UHGV virus genome: UHGV-0072281
DNA: 64,000 nt
Direction: 5' to 3' (one strand)
DNA from: a virus
The notes under the pieces were generated by a model. That model did not search any database. It was not told where the DNA came from and saw nothing but the letters and a program-made list of their open reading frames with translations. Below, piece by piece: positions 63,594 to 64,000 of this stretch (its first letter is position 1; each line of letters opens with the position of its first letter). A program made the position numbers and the translations under genes.

Positions 63594-64000
63594 ATGCTTA
63601 AGACAGTGTCTATTGATGGCCCTGACTTTTCTGGGAAATCGACGTTGTGCAAAATAGTAAAAGGTATGCTGGAATCTGCGGGGTTAAAGGTCTGCATCCG
63701 TAATCACCCTACGACGGAGACCGAAGCGGGTATCCGCGCGCGCAGTTTAGTCGTTCAGTCCGCAGCAAAAGCAAAAATTGCCGAAGCGATGTGCGACGAT
63801 TTCCTCCACACGCTAGACCATGTTGTTGACGATTACGATGTTGTTATTTTCGACAGGTTCTGTCCCTCTACAGTCGTTTACCAGGGCGTCGACGGTAAAG
63901 ACGAAGTTTTCCGACGTAAGCTAACGCGTCATTTCCACGCACCAGATTTGTACGTTTGGACAGATGTGGATTACGACGGCGCAGTAGCACGCTTTAAGAA
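63594..64000 (+). CDS. tmk: thymidylate (dTMP) kinase, 5' partial (runs off the window)
   Basis: MLKTVSIDGPDFSGKSTL carries the P-loop G.D.SGKST. ...HPT.ETEAGIRARSL... and FDRFCPSTVVYQG match the Tmk pattern (REPGGT..G..IR, DRY..S..AYQG). The frame is open to the window end and is not in the ORF track. Confidence 0.8.
   Translation, partial: MLKTVSIDGPDFSGKSTLCKIVKGMLESAGLKVCIRNHPTTETEAGIRARSLVVQSAAKAKIAEAMCDDFLHTLDHVVDDYDVVIFDRFCPSTVVYQGVDGKDEVFRRKLTRHFHAPDLYVWTDVDYDGAVARFK

Noticed and set aside
1-64000. CRISPR arrays, transposases or integrases, IS elements, rRNA genes and prophage attachment sites
   Set aside because: I found no regularly spaced direct repeats, no recognisable transposase, integrase or recombinase motifs other than the RuvC-like resolvase, and no rRNA-like sequence. 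The repeats present are terminator and promoter duplicates and coding-level paralogs.

Overview
The window reads as a densely packed, mostly plus-strand segment of a phiKZ-like jumbo phage, with codon usage resembling an enterobacterial host. The main evidence is four fragments of split multisubunit RNA polymerases: a beta C-part and a beta-prime C-part at 1925-6264, a beta-prime middle fragment at 12221-13522, and a beta N-part at 45022-46797. Other calls supported by motifs are an SF2 helicase, a family-B DNA polymerase truncated after motif A, a RuvC-like resolvase, DHFR, a partial dTMP kinase and two GNAT acetyltransferases. A strongly codon-biased 761-aa ORF is probably the major capsid protein, and a 905-aa ORF is possibly the portal. 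Two paralogous ORFs of about 420 aa look like abundant head proteins. From memory the gene order resembles SPN3US-type Salmonella phages, which I cannot verify here. I found no rRNA, tRNA, CRISPR array or mobile element. Most ORFs have no assignable function. The observations most worth following up are listed below.
- Two adjacent genes end in nucleoporin-like FG-repeat tails (1-1502).
- Three paralogous small ORFs, missed by the ORF track, sit in tandem among many hairpins (38.5-39.3 kb).
- A run of seven T lies in the overlap between ORF 8921-10879 and a downstream frame that has no start codon, suggesting a -1 frameshift or a homopolymer miscall.
- A standalone 101-codon gene is interrupted by one in-frame TAG (48829-49134).
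- An AT-rich promoter-like element recurs, with two copies identical at 26 of 27 positions.
- A bidirectional terminator cassette is duplicated 5.4 kb apart.
Functional interpretations beyond motif-level matches are inference. No database search or structure prediction was possible.
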